Notes: generated by a model from the letters alone, not told the origin. 52,838 nt of DNA from an uncultured bacterium (GCA_963745135.1 CAVUWW010000013.1:1-52838), one strand, 5' to 3'; positions 9,031 to 16,847 are shown, counted from the first letter of the stretch. Made by a program: numbers and translations.

Positions 9031-9150
9031 ACCAGCTACCAGCTGCTGGCGACCAGTCACCGATACTCATGGATTTGAGTTTTCATATGATACAATAAGA
9101 GTAATAATTTTGGATTTAGCTGGTAGCTGGTAGCTGGTAGCTGGTAGCTA
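9031..9150. repeat. inverted array hairpin, CCAGCTA / TAGCTGG units with a ~60-nt loop
   Basis: Left arm accagctaccagctgctggcgaccag. Right arm is (tagctgg) x4.7. The ATG at 9160 is 9 nt downstream. Confidence 0.8.
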
Positions 9151-9159
9151 ATCTCATTC

Positions 9160-10234
9160 ATGGACGACTTCAAGCAAAAACTAAACGACCTGCTCACCGC
9201 CACGGCGCGGCAGAACGCTTCCGACCTCCACATCGCCGTCGGCAAGCGGCCGACGTTGCGTATTGACGGGGTTCTCGTGCCGCTCCAGAAGGAGCCGGTC
9301 TTGACGCCCGAGATGGCGGAGGGAATCATCGGCGCGATGATATCGCCCGAGCAGAAAGAGAGGCTTGCGAAGGACCGGCAGGTGGACTTCGCCTACAGCT
9401 TCGAGGACAAGGCGCGGTTCCGCGTGAACGCTTTCTACCAGCGGGGGTATCTGGCTGCGGCATTGCGTTTGGTTCCCGGGCGCGTGAAGGACATTGAAGA
9501 GCTGAACCTGCCGCCGCTCCTGCACGACTTTACGAAACTTTCCCAAGGTTTCATTTTGGTCGTGGGTCCGGCGGGGCATGGCAAATCCACAACGCTCGCC
9601 GCGATGATCGACGAGGTGAACCACACCCGCTCCGACCATATCATCACGATCGAGGATCCGGTGGAATATCTCTTTACGCAGGACAAGTGCATCGTCTCCC
9701 AGCGCGAGGTGGGAAGCGACACCATTGGCTTCCACGCCGCGCTCCGGACCGTCCTGCGGCAGGATCCCGACGTCATCATGATCGGCGAGATGCGCGACGC
9801 GGTCTCGATTGACACTGCGATGACGGCGGCCGAGACCGGCCACTTGGTGCTCGCAACGCTGCATACTAATTCCGCCGCGCAGACAATCGACCGAATCATT
9901 GACTCGTTCCCCGCCGAGCAACAGGGGCAATGTCACTTCGCAATTGGCGGCCACCTTGGTTGCTATAGTTTCAGAGCGGCTTTTGCCGCGCATCTCCGGC
10001 GGCCGCGTGCCTGCGCTCGAGATCATGATTGTGAACCCCGCCATCCGCAACCTGATCCGCGAGCGCAAAGTGTATCAGATTGACTTGGTGATTGAGACCA
10101 GCTTGCAGGAAGGCATGGTAACGCTGAACCGGTCGCTCGCGAATTTGGTGAAGAACAAAGAAGTGACGCTCGAGAACGCAGAGCTGTATTCATTGAATCC
10201 TGCCGAGTTGAGGATTTTGCTGGAGAGGATGTAG
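9160..10234 (+). pseudogene. pilT: twitching-motility ATPase PilT, interrupted by a +1 frame break
   Basis: ORFs 9160..10083 (Walker A GPAGHGKST) and 9899..10234 (RISGGRVPALEIMIVNPAIRNLIRE) are two halves of one PilT. Deleting one G of the GGGG run at 9924..9927 fuses them. Confidence 0.8.
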
Positions 10235-10240
10235 GAGAAA

Positions 10241-10310
10241 GTTATCAGGTTATAAAGTTATCAGGTTATCAGGTAGGAATTTAACTTTAAAAACCTGATA
10301 ACTTGATAAC
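10241..10310. repeat. inverted array hairpin, GTTATCAG / CTGATAAC units
   Basis: Left arm gttatcaggttataaagttatcaggttatcaggt, right arm acctgataacttgataac. The ATG at 10319 is 8 nt downstream. Confidence 0.8.
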
Positions 10311-10318
10311 TTTCAACC

Positions 10319-11530
10319 ATGAAGTTCAAGTATCAGGCCCGAACCAAAGAAGGGGAGCTCCAAGTCGGCATCATTGACGCCGGCTCGCGCGACGCAGCTT
10401 TGCAGATTTTGGCGGGGCACGAGCTTTACACCTTGAGCGTCGAGACGGCAACGGCGCCGCAGTGGTACGACCGGATCGGGGAATTTTTCGGCCGCGTCAG
10501 GCGCCGGGATCTCGTCATCTTTTCGCGCCAGCTTGCGACGCTCCTCGAGGCGCGCCTGCCCTTGAACAACGCCTTGCGCGTGCTCCATGAGCAGACCGTG
10601 AACGCGCGGCTCAAGGAGGGGATTTTGCAGATGTCCCAGGACATTGACGCCGGGCTTTCGTTTTCGCAGGCGCTCGAGCACCAGGGGCGCATGTTCCCTT
10701 CATATTACATGGAGATGGTGCGGGCGGCGGAGGTGACAGGGAATCTTGCCGAGATATCGGGCTTCCTCGCCGATTACACGGAGCGCGAAGGCGACCTCGC
10801 GAGCAAGGCGTCTTCGGCGATGATCTATCCGGGCATCGTCCTTGGGCTTTTTCTCGTCGTCGGTTTCATCCTGCTCACATTCGTCTTTCCGCAGATTAAG
10901 CCGGTCTTCGACCAGAGCGGCGTGACGTTGCCGTGGTACACCGCGTTTTTCTTGGGGGCGGGCACTTTCATGCAGCAATGGTGGCCGGCGATAATTGTGG
11001 CGGCGTTCGTGCTTGGGGTTGTTGTCTTTGATTATTTCCGCACGCCCGAAGGCATTGCGCTGTTCGACGACCTGAAGATCCGCCTGCCGGTTTTGCAGAA
11101 AGTTTTTTTGCCGCTCCTCATGGCGCGGTTCGGGAATTCGGCGGAGCTTCTGATCCATGGCGGCGTCCCGCTCGCGCAAGCGCTCGAGATCATCAGCCAC
11201 ATGATGGGGAATGTCTTGTACGAGGACGTGGTGCACCAGGTTGCGGAGGACGTGCGGCAGGGGAAATTGCTATCGGAAAGTTTGGCGGACTACCCGCGCT
11301 ATTTCCCGATCATGGTGCCGCAGATGGTGTCGGTCGGCGAGACGACAGGAAAGATTGAGGAGATGTTTGGGCGTCTTTCGAAGATCTATACGCGCGAGGC
11401 AAACCAGACGATGGACAACCTGGTGGACCTCATCCAACCCATTCTCATGATTGGCATGGGCGCGATGGTGGGACTTTTGTTCGCATCAATTCTCGTGCCG
11501 CTCTACCAGCTGACGGCGAGCATACATTAA
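10319..11530 (+). CDS. pilC: type IV pilus platform protein PilC (T2SS F family)
   Basis: 403 aa with duplicated T2SSF-type domains and three hydrophobic segments. Confidence 0.9.
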   Translation: MKFKYQARTKEGELQVGIIDAGSRDAALQILAGHELYTLSVETATAPQWYDRIGEFFGRVRRRDLVIFSRQLATLLEARLPLNNALRVLHEQTVNARLKEGILQMSQDIDAGLSFSQALEHQGRMFPSYYMEMVRAAEVTGNLAEISGFLADYTEREGDLASKASSAMIYPGIVLGLFLVVGFILLTFVFPQIKPVFDQSGVTLPWYTAFFLGAGTFMQQWWPAIIVAAFVLGVVVFDYFRTPEGIALFDDLKIRLPVLQKVFLPLLMARFGNSAELLIHGGVPLAQALEIISHMMGNVLYEDVVHQVAEDVRQGKLLSESLADYPRYFPIMVPQMVSVGETTGKIEEMFGRLSKIYTREANQTMDNLVDLIQPILMIGMGAMVGLLFASILVPLYQLTASIH

Positions 11531-11534
11531 AGAA

Positions 11535-11747
11535 GGGTATGGGGGATAGGGTATAGGGTGAAGAGAAGAAAGAAGAATTTGCCCTGTGGATAACAAGAGA
11601 AGTTACGCGGTTTGACAATGATATACTTAAATAAATATCAAAAAGGTCGAGAAAGTTACTGAAAAATCAGATTAAAAAAAGAAAAGGGCTAGGAATTTTG
11701 GGCTTGGATTGAATATCTATACCCTATACCCTATACCCTATACCCTA
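11535..11747. repeat. GGGTATR / ACCCTAT inverted arrays separated by a ~155-nt A/T-rich spacer
   Basis: Left arm 11535..11560 and right arm 11717..11747, which is (ctatacc) x4. The pilin ATG at 11748 abuts the right arm. Confidence 0.75.
11612..11641 (+). promoter_or_regulatory. possible pilin promoter (TTGACA, 17-18 nt spacer, ATATCA/TATCAA)
   Basis: Perfect -35 TTGACA at 11612..11617 inside the spacer of the split hairpin. The -10 box is weak. Confidence 0.3.
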
Positions 11748-12242
11748 ATGCGAAATGGATTTACTTTGATTGAAATTCTCATCGTGGTCGCGATCATCGC
11801 CATTTTGGCGTCAGTCGTGCTCATCGGCCTTGGCCCAACCCAGCAGTCCGGCCGAGACGCGCGGCGGCTTTCCGACCTCCATGAGGTGCAGAACGCCATC
11901 GAGCTGTACTACCAGAAGTGCGGTTTCTATCCGGGCAGCGTAAGCGGTTCTGGTCCCACTGCAACTTGCGTTTCGCTTAACAGCCAAACCTATACTGGCA
12001 TGAGCGCTGCGATTTTGAGCGCCGGCATCGGCATCACGTCTCCCTTGCCGCTTGATCCGACGAACAATGCCACGTATTATTATTTCTACGGGACGAACGG
12101 CGCCACCTATATCCTCGGCGCGACGCTCGAAAACACGAATAACGCGGTGTTCAGCGGTTACCAAAACCCCCTGCCGACTTCGAACGTAACCATGCCCGGC
12201 GGGCAAAACTGCAACAGTCCTGAATATTGCATGTCATTGTAG
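11748..12242 (+). CDS. type IV pilin (prepilin with class III signal peptide)
   Basis: Start moved to MRNG/FTLIEILIVVAIIAILA, the canonical prepilin cleavage/methylation motif. Confidence 0.9.
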   Translation: MRNGFTLIEILIVVAIIAILASVVLIGLGPTQQSGRDARRLSDLHEVQNAIELYYQKCGFYPGSVSGSGPTATCVSLNSQTYTGMSAAILSAGIGITSPLPLDPTNNATYYYFYGTNGATYILGATLENTNNAVFSGYQNPLPTSNVTMPGGQNCNSPEYCMSL

Positions 12243-12271
12243 GATCAGCAGTTCGTTCGCTTCGGTTCCAA

Positions 12272-12295
12272 AGCCGGCAGAGATGCCGGTTTTTG
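12272..12295 (+). terminator. intrinsic terminator after the pilin gene
   Basis: Stem agccggc / gccggtt, loop agagat, then a T-run. Confidence 0.6.
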
Positions 12296-12303
12296 GTTGG
12301 ATT

Positions 12304-12394
12304 TTACGAAAGTACGAATACAGTACGAAAATACGAATATCCATCACAGTGCAGGTTATTCGTATTTTCGTAAATAATTCGTAATTTCGTAAAC
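12304..12394. repeat. inverted array hairpin, TACGAAW / WTTCGTA units
   Basis: Left arm ttacgaaagtacgaatacagtacgaaaatacgaatat, right arm ttattcgtattttcgtaaataattcgtaatttcgtaaa. Confidence 0.8.
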
Positions 12395-12398
12395 TAGG

Positions 12399-12404
12399 TA
12401 TAAT
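12399..12404 (+). promoter_or_regulatory. -10 box TATAAT, 6 nt before ATG 12411 (leaderless pilD candidate)
   Basis: Sequence ggTATAATaaaacaATG. Confidence 0.5.
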
Positions 12405-12410
12405 AAAACA

Positions 12411-13274
12411 ATGCCTTACGTCCTGCTCTTTGCGCTTGGTCTCTGCATCGGCAGCTTTTTGAACGTTGTCGCGCTGCGCTACGACGGCGAGCATTTTGTG
12501 TTCGACCCGAAAGTGATAGGCGGAAGATCCCATTGCCCGAAATGCGATCGCACGCTCCGTTGGTTTGAGTTGATTCCGATCGTGAGTTTCATCATCCAGC
12601 GCGCCAAATGCCGCGCTTGCCAAGCGCGCATCGGTTTGCGATATCCGGCTGTCGAGCTTTTGACCAGCTTGTTGTTTGTGGCGGTTCCGTGGCGCTTGGC
12701 GCAGCTTCCAGCTTCCAGCTTCCAGCTTCCAGTCGACATTCTTTGGATTGTTGCGTTTCTTATTCTCCTTCTTATCGCCTATATCGACATCCGGCTTGGC
12801 ATCATTCCGGATGAACTTGAAATAATGCTCGGCGTTTGCGCTTTTGGTATTGTTTTGATTTCTTCCCTAGCTGCTAGCTACTCGCCCCTCGCCCCTAATT
12901 TCTCCTTTCTCGGCGCTTTCGCGCCGATTTTCGGCTTCCAGCAAAACGTCTGGACTGCACGCATCATTGGCATGATTTTCGCTTTCGCGTTCTTTGAGTT
13001 GCTCGTGCTCGTGACGCGCGGCCGCGGCATGGGCGTGGGCGACGTGAAGCTCGCCCTGCCGCTCGGATTTCTTTTCGGCTGGCCGGATATTTTGATCGCC
13101 ATCATGTCCGCTTTCGTAGTTGGCGCCGCAGTCGGGGTTGTGAGCATCGCGGTCAAGTGGAAAAAAATGGGCGGCAATCTGCCTTTTGGGCCGTTTTTGG
13201 CTGCCGGCGCGGCGTTCGTCTTCTTTTTCGGGCTGCCGGTGGCGCAGTGGTATTTTCATTTGATGGGGATGTGA
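12411..13274 (+). CDS. pilD: prepilin peptidase PilD (A24 family)
   Basis: 287 aa with N-terminal CPKC..CRAC and catalytic Asp contexts GMGVGDVKL and LPFGPFL. Confidence 0.9.
   Translation: MPYVLLFALGLCIGSFLNVVALRYDGEHFVFDPKVIGGRSHCPKCDRTLRWFELIPIVSFIIQRAKCRACQARIGLRYPAVELLTSLLFVAVPWRLAQLPASSFQLPVDILWIVAFLILLLIAYIDIRLGIIPDELEIMLGVCAFGIVLISSLAASYSPLAPNFSFLGAFAPIFGFQQNVWTARIIGMIFAFAFFELLVLVTRGRGMGVGDVKLALPLGFLFGWPDILIAIMSAFVVGAAVGVVSIAVKWKKMGGNLPFGPFLAAGAAFVFFFGLPVAQWYFHLMGM
12703..12732 (+). repeat. intragenic tandem heptamer AGCTTCC x4.3 inside pilD
   Basis: Sequence agcttcc agcttcc agcttcc agcttcc ag, encoding QLPASSFQLP in the linker between the two PilD domains. Confidence 0.9.
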
Positions 13275-13280
13275 AGAAAT

Positions 13281-13374
13281 TTTCAGTTTTCAATTTCCAA
13301 TGGATGTTTCAGCGATGCAATGATGCAAACTTGAAACATTGGCTCATTGCTTCATCTATTGGAAATTGGAAATT
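13281..13374. repeat. nested inverted repeat (AATTTCCAAT / ATTGGAAATT units)
   Basis: Outer arms ttttcaatttccaatgg and tattggaaattggaaatt. Inner arms atgtttca and tgaaacat. Confidence 0.7.
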
Positions 13375-13394
13375 AATCCGTGGCTACCAAATCG

Positions 13395-13403
13395 TGCTAT
13401 GAT
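13395..13403 (+). promoter_or_regulatory. extended -10 box TGcTATGAT
   Basis: gTGcTATGAT is identical to the box at 23152. AAAGGA follows, and the ATG at 13416 is 12 nt downstream. Confidence 0.45.
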
Positions 13404-13415
13404 TAAAGGAAATCC

Positions 13416-13982
13416 ATGAAAAAGGGATTTACCTTGGTCGAAATGCTCATCGTGCTTGCCATTTCCGCGCTCCTTGCGGGCATCGCCTTGAGCTATAACA
13501 GCGCGAGCCGGAAAGAGATTGCGCTCTCGGTGGAGGCGGCAAAGATCTCCCAATTCATCCTGCAGGCGGAATCGCTCTCCATTGCGACCTACGGCGCCAA
13601 TTCCGCGACCCTTGTGTGCGGGTATGGGATGGTCTTCAACGCCGCAGCGCAGACCTACGGTATTTTCGAATACCAGCCGGCTGGCGCGACGACGTGCAGC
13701 GGCGTTGCTTTGCCTCTCGCTTCCATCGCCGCCGGGGAGATGCAACAATACACGCCGGGGACGTGGAACATCCACGTGGCTCCGGAGGTGCGCCTCGTGA
13801 GCGCCTCGACGGACAGCATAGCAGTCGTCCTCTTCTATCCGCCGGCGCCGACGACTTACATCAGCCGCGACGGAAGCAATTTCCTTTCCCCGACCGTGAC
13901 CTCAAAAATTTACCTCACGACGGCGGACGGCAGCGATGCGAGGACGATCAGCGTGAATTCGGAGGGGCAGGTGAGTTTTTGA
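13416..13982 (+). CDS. minor pilin (prepilin-type N-terminal cleavage/methylation domain)
   Basis: N-terminus MKKG/FTLVEMLIVLAISALLAG. Confidence 0.85.
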   Translation: MKKGFTLVEMLIVLAISALLAGIALSYNSASRKEIALSVEAAKISQFILQAESLSIATYGANSATLVCGYGMVFNAAAQTYGIFEYQPAGATTCSGVALPLASIAAGEMQQYTPGTWNIHVAPEVRLVSASTDSIAVVLFYPPAPTTYISRDGSNFLSPTVTSKIYLTTADGSDARTISVNSEGQVSF

Positions 13983-13989
13983 ATTTGAA

Positions 13990-14062
13990 GGGTATAGGGT
14001 ATGGGGTATAGGGTATAGTGAAACCCTAGACCCTAGACCCTAGACCCTAGACCCTAGACCCT
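13990..14062. repeat. inverted array hairpin, GGGTATR x4 / ACCCTAG x6
   Basis: Sequence gggtatagggtatggggtatagggtatag-tg-aaaccctag(accctag)x4 accct. The ATG at 14063 abuts the right arm. Confidence 0.9.
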
Positions 14063-14605
14063 ATGCAAAGTCAATCCTCACAATCCGGGCAATCGTTGAT
14101 CGAGGCCATGATTGCCATCAGTTTGCTCACCGTCGGTTTCATCGGCATCGCGGCGTTGCTCTCGCAGTCGCTCTATCTCACGCGCGTCATTTCCGACCAG
14201 ACGACGGCGACCTATCTTGCGTCCGAAGGCATTGAGCTTGCGAAGAACCTGATTGATCATGACGTGTATATGCACCTTGCGGGATTGGGAACCGGTTGGG
14301 GAACTTGCTTCAATATCAGCAATCCCGGGACGACCGAGATCGAGCTTGATTACACCTCGCTTGATTGCAGCAAGGCCTATTTCGCCGGAGATTTTTTGCA
14401 GTTCGATCCGGTGACCGGACTTTATGGCTACAGCTCTGATCTGCCGGCTGCGGACAATCCCATCCCGACCAAGTTCACGCGTGAGATTGACATTAATTTG
14501 CAGGGCAACGAGATTACCGTGAATTCCAAAGTCAGGTGGAACACCGGCGCGTTCACGTCGCAGAGCGTCAATCTGGAAGATCATTTTTACAATTGGAGGC
14601 AGTAA
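14063..14605 (+). CDS. pilin-like protein (PilV-like minor pilin)
   Basis: N-terminus MQSQSSQSGQSLIEAMIAISLLTVGFIG, a prepilin-type hydrophobic N-terminus. Confidence 0.75.
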   Translation: MQSQSSQSGQSLIEAMIAISLLTVGFIGIAALLSQSLYLTRVISDQTTATYLASEGIELAKNLIDHDVYMHLAGLGTGWGTCFNISNPGTTEIELDYTSLDCSKAYFAGDFLQFDPVTGLYGYSSDLPAADNPIPTKFTREIDINLQGNEITVNSKVRWNTGAFTSQSVNLEDHFYNWRQ

Positions 14606-14612
14606 TTTTTAA

Positions 14613-14671
14613 GGGTATGGGGTATAGGGTATAGTGAAACCCTAAACCCTAAACCCTAAACCCTAAACCCT
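14613..14671. repeat. inverted array hairpin, GGGTATR x3 / ACCCTAA x5
   Basis: Sequence gggtatggggtatagggtatag-tg-aaaccctaa(accctaa)x3 accct. The ATG at 14672 abuts the right arm. Confidence 0.9.
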
Positions 14672-15277
14672 ATGCAACGCCAATCTCCACAATCCGGCCA
14701 GTCCCTCATCGAGCTTCTCGTCGCCATCGGCCTCTTCTCTATCCTCTTTGCCATTGCGGGCGGGGGATTCGTGAACGCGCTCCATGCCCAGAACCAGGTT
14801 TCGGCGGAGATGGCGGCGGAAAGCAACGTCGGCATCGCGATTGAGGAGATGGCGCGGGAGATGCGGACCGGCTACCTTTTCTGCCACGATTTGAACGGCG
14901 TTTCAACGTGCGACACGAGCGATCCCTCGTACAATCGCCACTGCACATTCGATGCGGCAACCCAACTGCTCACCTGCTCCGACCTTGAATATTACGACGC
15001 GAACGGCGAGAAAATCGATTACGTCCTGAAGGGCGGCGTCCTGGAACGCGGAGACAACGATGCGTACCAGCCGATCACGGGGGATAATGTGACCGTGCGC
15101 TCGCTCTCATTCGTCCTTCACGGCAATACGGAAGGCGACCATTGGAACCCGCGGATCACCGTCACGATCGGCATTGCGCCGAACAATTCGGGCGTCTCAT
15201 GGAACACGGTTGACTTCCAGACCACGGTGAGCGCAAGGGAGATTGATTGCACGGCGGGAGCGAGCCCGAGCTGCTGA
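14672..15277 (+). CDS. pilin-like protein (PilW-like minor pilin)
   Basis: N-terminus MQRQSPQSGQSLIELLVAIGLFSILFAI. Confidence 0.75.
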   Translation: MQRQSPQSGQSLIELLVAIGLFSILFAIAGGGFVNALHAQNQVSAEMAAESNVGIAIEEMAREMRTGYLFCHDLNGVSTCDTSDPSYNRHCTFDAATQLLTCSDLEYYDANGEKIDYVLKGGVLERGDNDAYQPITGDNVTVRSLSFVLHGNTEGDHWNPRITVTIGIAPNNSGVSWNTVDFQTTVSAREIDCTAGASPSC

Positions 15278-15363
15278 AATCCTTAATCCTTAATCGTTAA
15301 TCCTTGACTAAAAATTTCGATTCCCTAGCGTTGTAATTGTTTAAGGATTAAAGATTAAGGATT
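15278..15363. repeat. inverted array hairpin, CCTTAAT / ATTAAGG units, between convergent genes
   Basis: Left arm aatccttaatccttaatcgttaatcctt, right arm aaggattaaagattaaggatt. It exactly fills the gap between stop 15277 and stop 15366. Confidence 0.8.
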
Positions 15364-15365
15364 GT

Positions 15366-16478
15366 TCAAATCTCCATCGTCCCATCCGCTTCCAGTTTGT
15401 ATTTTTTCTTTCTTAAAAACGCCATATATCCCGCGGCGCCGATCATGGCGGCGTTGTCGAGGTTGTATTTGAAATCGGGGACGAGAAATTGCACGCCAAT
15501 GAGTCCGGCCATGCGCTCCATGCTTTTTCGGAGTGCCTTATTCGCCGCGACGCCACCGCAGAGGATAATTGATTCCGCCGCGCATTCTTCAGCGGCTCGG
15601 CGTGTTTTCGCGACGAGCACGTCGATGGCGGCCTGTTGGAAGGAAGCGGCAACATCTGAGAGGCGGGAGGCGGGAGAAGGGAGAGGGGAGGAGAAATTCA
15701 TCTTCCGTCTTCCGTCTCCCATCTCCCTTAGGTAATAAAGAACCGCCGTCTTCAATCCCGAAAAACTAAAATCGTAATTCTTCTGGTCCAGCATCGGGCG
15801 CGGGAAAGTGATGGCGAATGGATTGCCTTTTTTCGCGAGTTTTTCGATTTCCGGCCCGCCGGGATAGGGAAGGTCGAGCAACCTCGCCACTTTATCGAAT
15901 GCCTCGCCGGCCGCGTCGTCGCGCGTCTCGCCGAGCCGCTCCCATTTCGAGAACGATTCCATGCGGAGCAAAATCGTGTGTCCGCCGGAGACGATGAGCG
16001 CGATCGCGGGGAACAGGGACGAGGGGCGAGTAGTGAGTAGGGAGGTATAACCCTTTAAGGATCTTGACGGAAGCAAGAAACTGTAAAGATGGCCTTCGAG
16101 ATGGTTCGCGCCGATGAGACGAGGGAGAGGAGAGAGGGGAGAAGGGAGAAGGGATTTCCGTATTTTTTTTGCAAATTCAATTCCTGTCCACAGTGCAGGT
16201 TCTAGCCCTGGTCCTACAGTAACTGCAATAATATCAATTTTTTTCTCCATCCCTCCTCCCTCCTCCCCTCTCAACCTCTCCCAAAGCAATGGCAAATTCT
16301 TCAAATGTTCCCGCTTTGCCAAATTCGGAACCACGCCGCCGAACGGTCGGTGGATCTTGATTTGCGAGGCGACCAGATTTTTTAAAATCTTAAAACGCGG
16401 ATTCTTCAATCCGCCGGAAGCGTCGAGCAAAGCGATGCCCGTCTCGTCGCAGCTCGTTTCGATGGAGAGGATTTTCAT
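15366..16478 (-). CDS. tsaD: tRNA N6-threonylcarbamoyladenosine synthesis protein TsaD
   Basis: 370 aa with KILSIETSCDETGIAL, VGPGLEPAL and NHLEGH. It carries low-complexity inserts encoded by purine/pyrimidine heptamer arrays. Confidence 0.9.
   Translation of the reverse strand: MKILSIETSCDETGIALLDASGGLKNPRFKILKNLVASQIKIHRPFGGVVPNLAKREHLKNLPLLWERLRGEEGGGMEKKIDIIAVTVGPGLEPALWTGIEFAKKIRKSLLPSPLSPLPRLIGANHLEGHLYSFLLPSRSLKGYTSLLTTRPSSLFPAIALIVSGGHTILLRMESFSKWERLGETRDDAAGEAFDKVARLLDLPYPGGPEIEKLAKKGNPFAITFPRPMLDQKNYDFSFSGLKTAVLYYLREMGDGRRKMNFSSPLPSPASRLSDVAASFQQAAIDVLVAKTRRAAEECAAESIILCGGVAANKALRKSMERMAGLIGVQFLVPDFKYNLDNAAMIGAAGYMAFLRKKKYKLEADGTMEI
15661..15728. repeat. intragenic inverted arrays (GGGAGAR / TCTYCCS heptamers) inside tsaD
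   Basis: Left arm aggcgggaggcgggagaagggagaggggaggag, loop aaattca, right arm tcttccgtcttccgtctcccatctccct. Translated in frame as ..GDGRRKMNFSSPLPSPAS... Confidence 0.75.
16121..16282. repeat. intragenic purine array and pyrimidine array flanking the conserved TsaD GPG core
   Basis: Purine array gagggagaggagagaggggagaagggagaaggga at 16121..16154. Pyrimidine array tctccatccctcctccctcctcccctctcaacctctccc at 16244..16282. Confidence 0.65.
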
Positions 16479-16485
16479 AGGGTAT

Positions 16486-16597
16486 AGCCACTAGCCAATA
16501 GCCACTAGTGAATGATTAGCCACTAGTACCTAGCCAATAGTGAGTTTAATTCCTTTTAGAGTTTACGCTAGTCGCCAGTGGCTAACAACTAGTGGCT
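16486..16597. repeat. inverted array hairpin, GCCACTA / TAGTGGC units, upstream of tsaD
   Basis: agccactagccaatagccactagtg and tagccactagtacctagccaatagtg face gctagtcgccagtggctaacaactagtggct. On the tsaD strand the last arm ends 7 nt before ATG 16478. Confidence 0.8.
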
Positions 16598-16812
16598 CTA
16601 TTTTATCCACCGGAAACATTTGACTCGCCGCCTTTGGTTTGCTAACCTAAAAGCAGTAGGCATCCCACCCCGTGCGCGGGGAATCAGGCGACTGCCATTC
16701 ACTCCAGCGGCGATTCGGCGATTTTTCGGAGAAAACGCCTATGATTGTGCTTACGTCCCACGTTCAGGTAAACGGCGCGCCTTAGCGACGAAGAAACAAG
16801 CGCTTCGGCTTA

Positions 16813-16847
16813 GGGGCTCGCCTGCGGAGCCCCTGCAATCATTTTTT
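16813..16847 (+). terminator. terminator-like hairpin 1
   Basis: Stem ggggctc / gagcccc, with a T-run 8 nt downstream. Confidence 0.4.

Noticed and set aside
14021-14062. (CCCTAAA/CCCTAGA)n runs identical to plant-type telomere repeats, also at 14637..14671 and 34931..34966. These might suggest eukaryotic contamination or a chromosome end.
   Set aside because: Each run has only 4-6 units, sits exactly between a bacterial stop codon and the next ATG inside operons, and is always paired with a complementary GGGTATR arm. They are arms of the local hairpin family.
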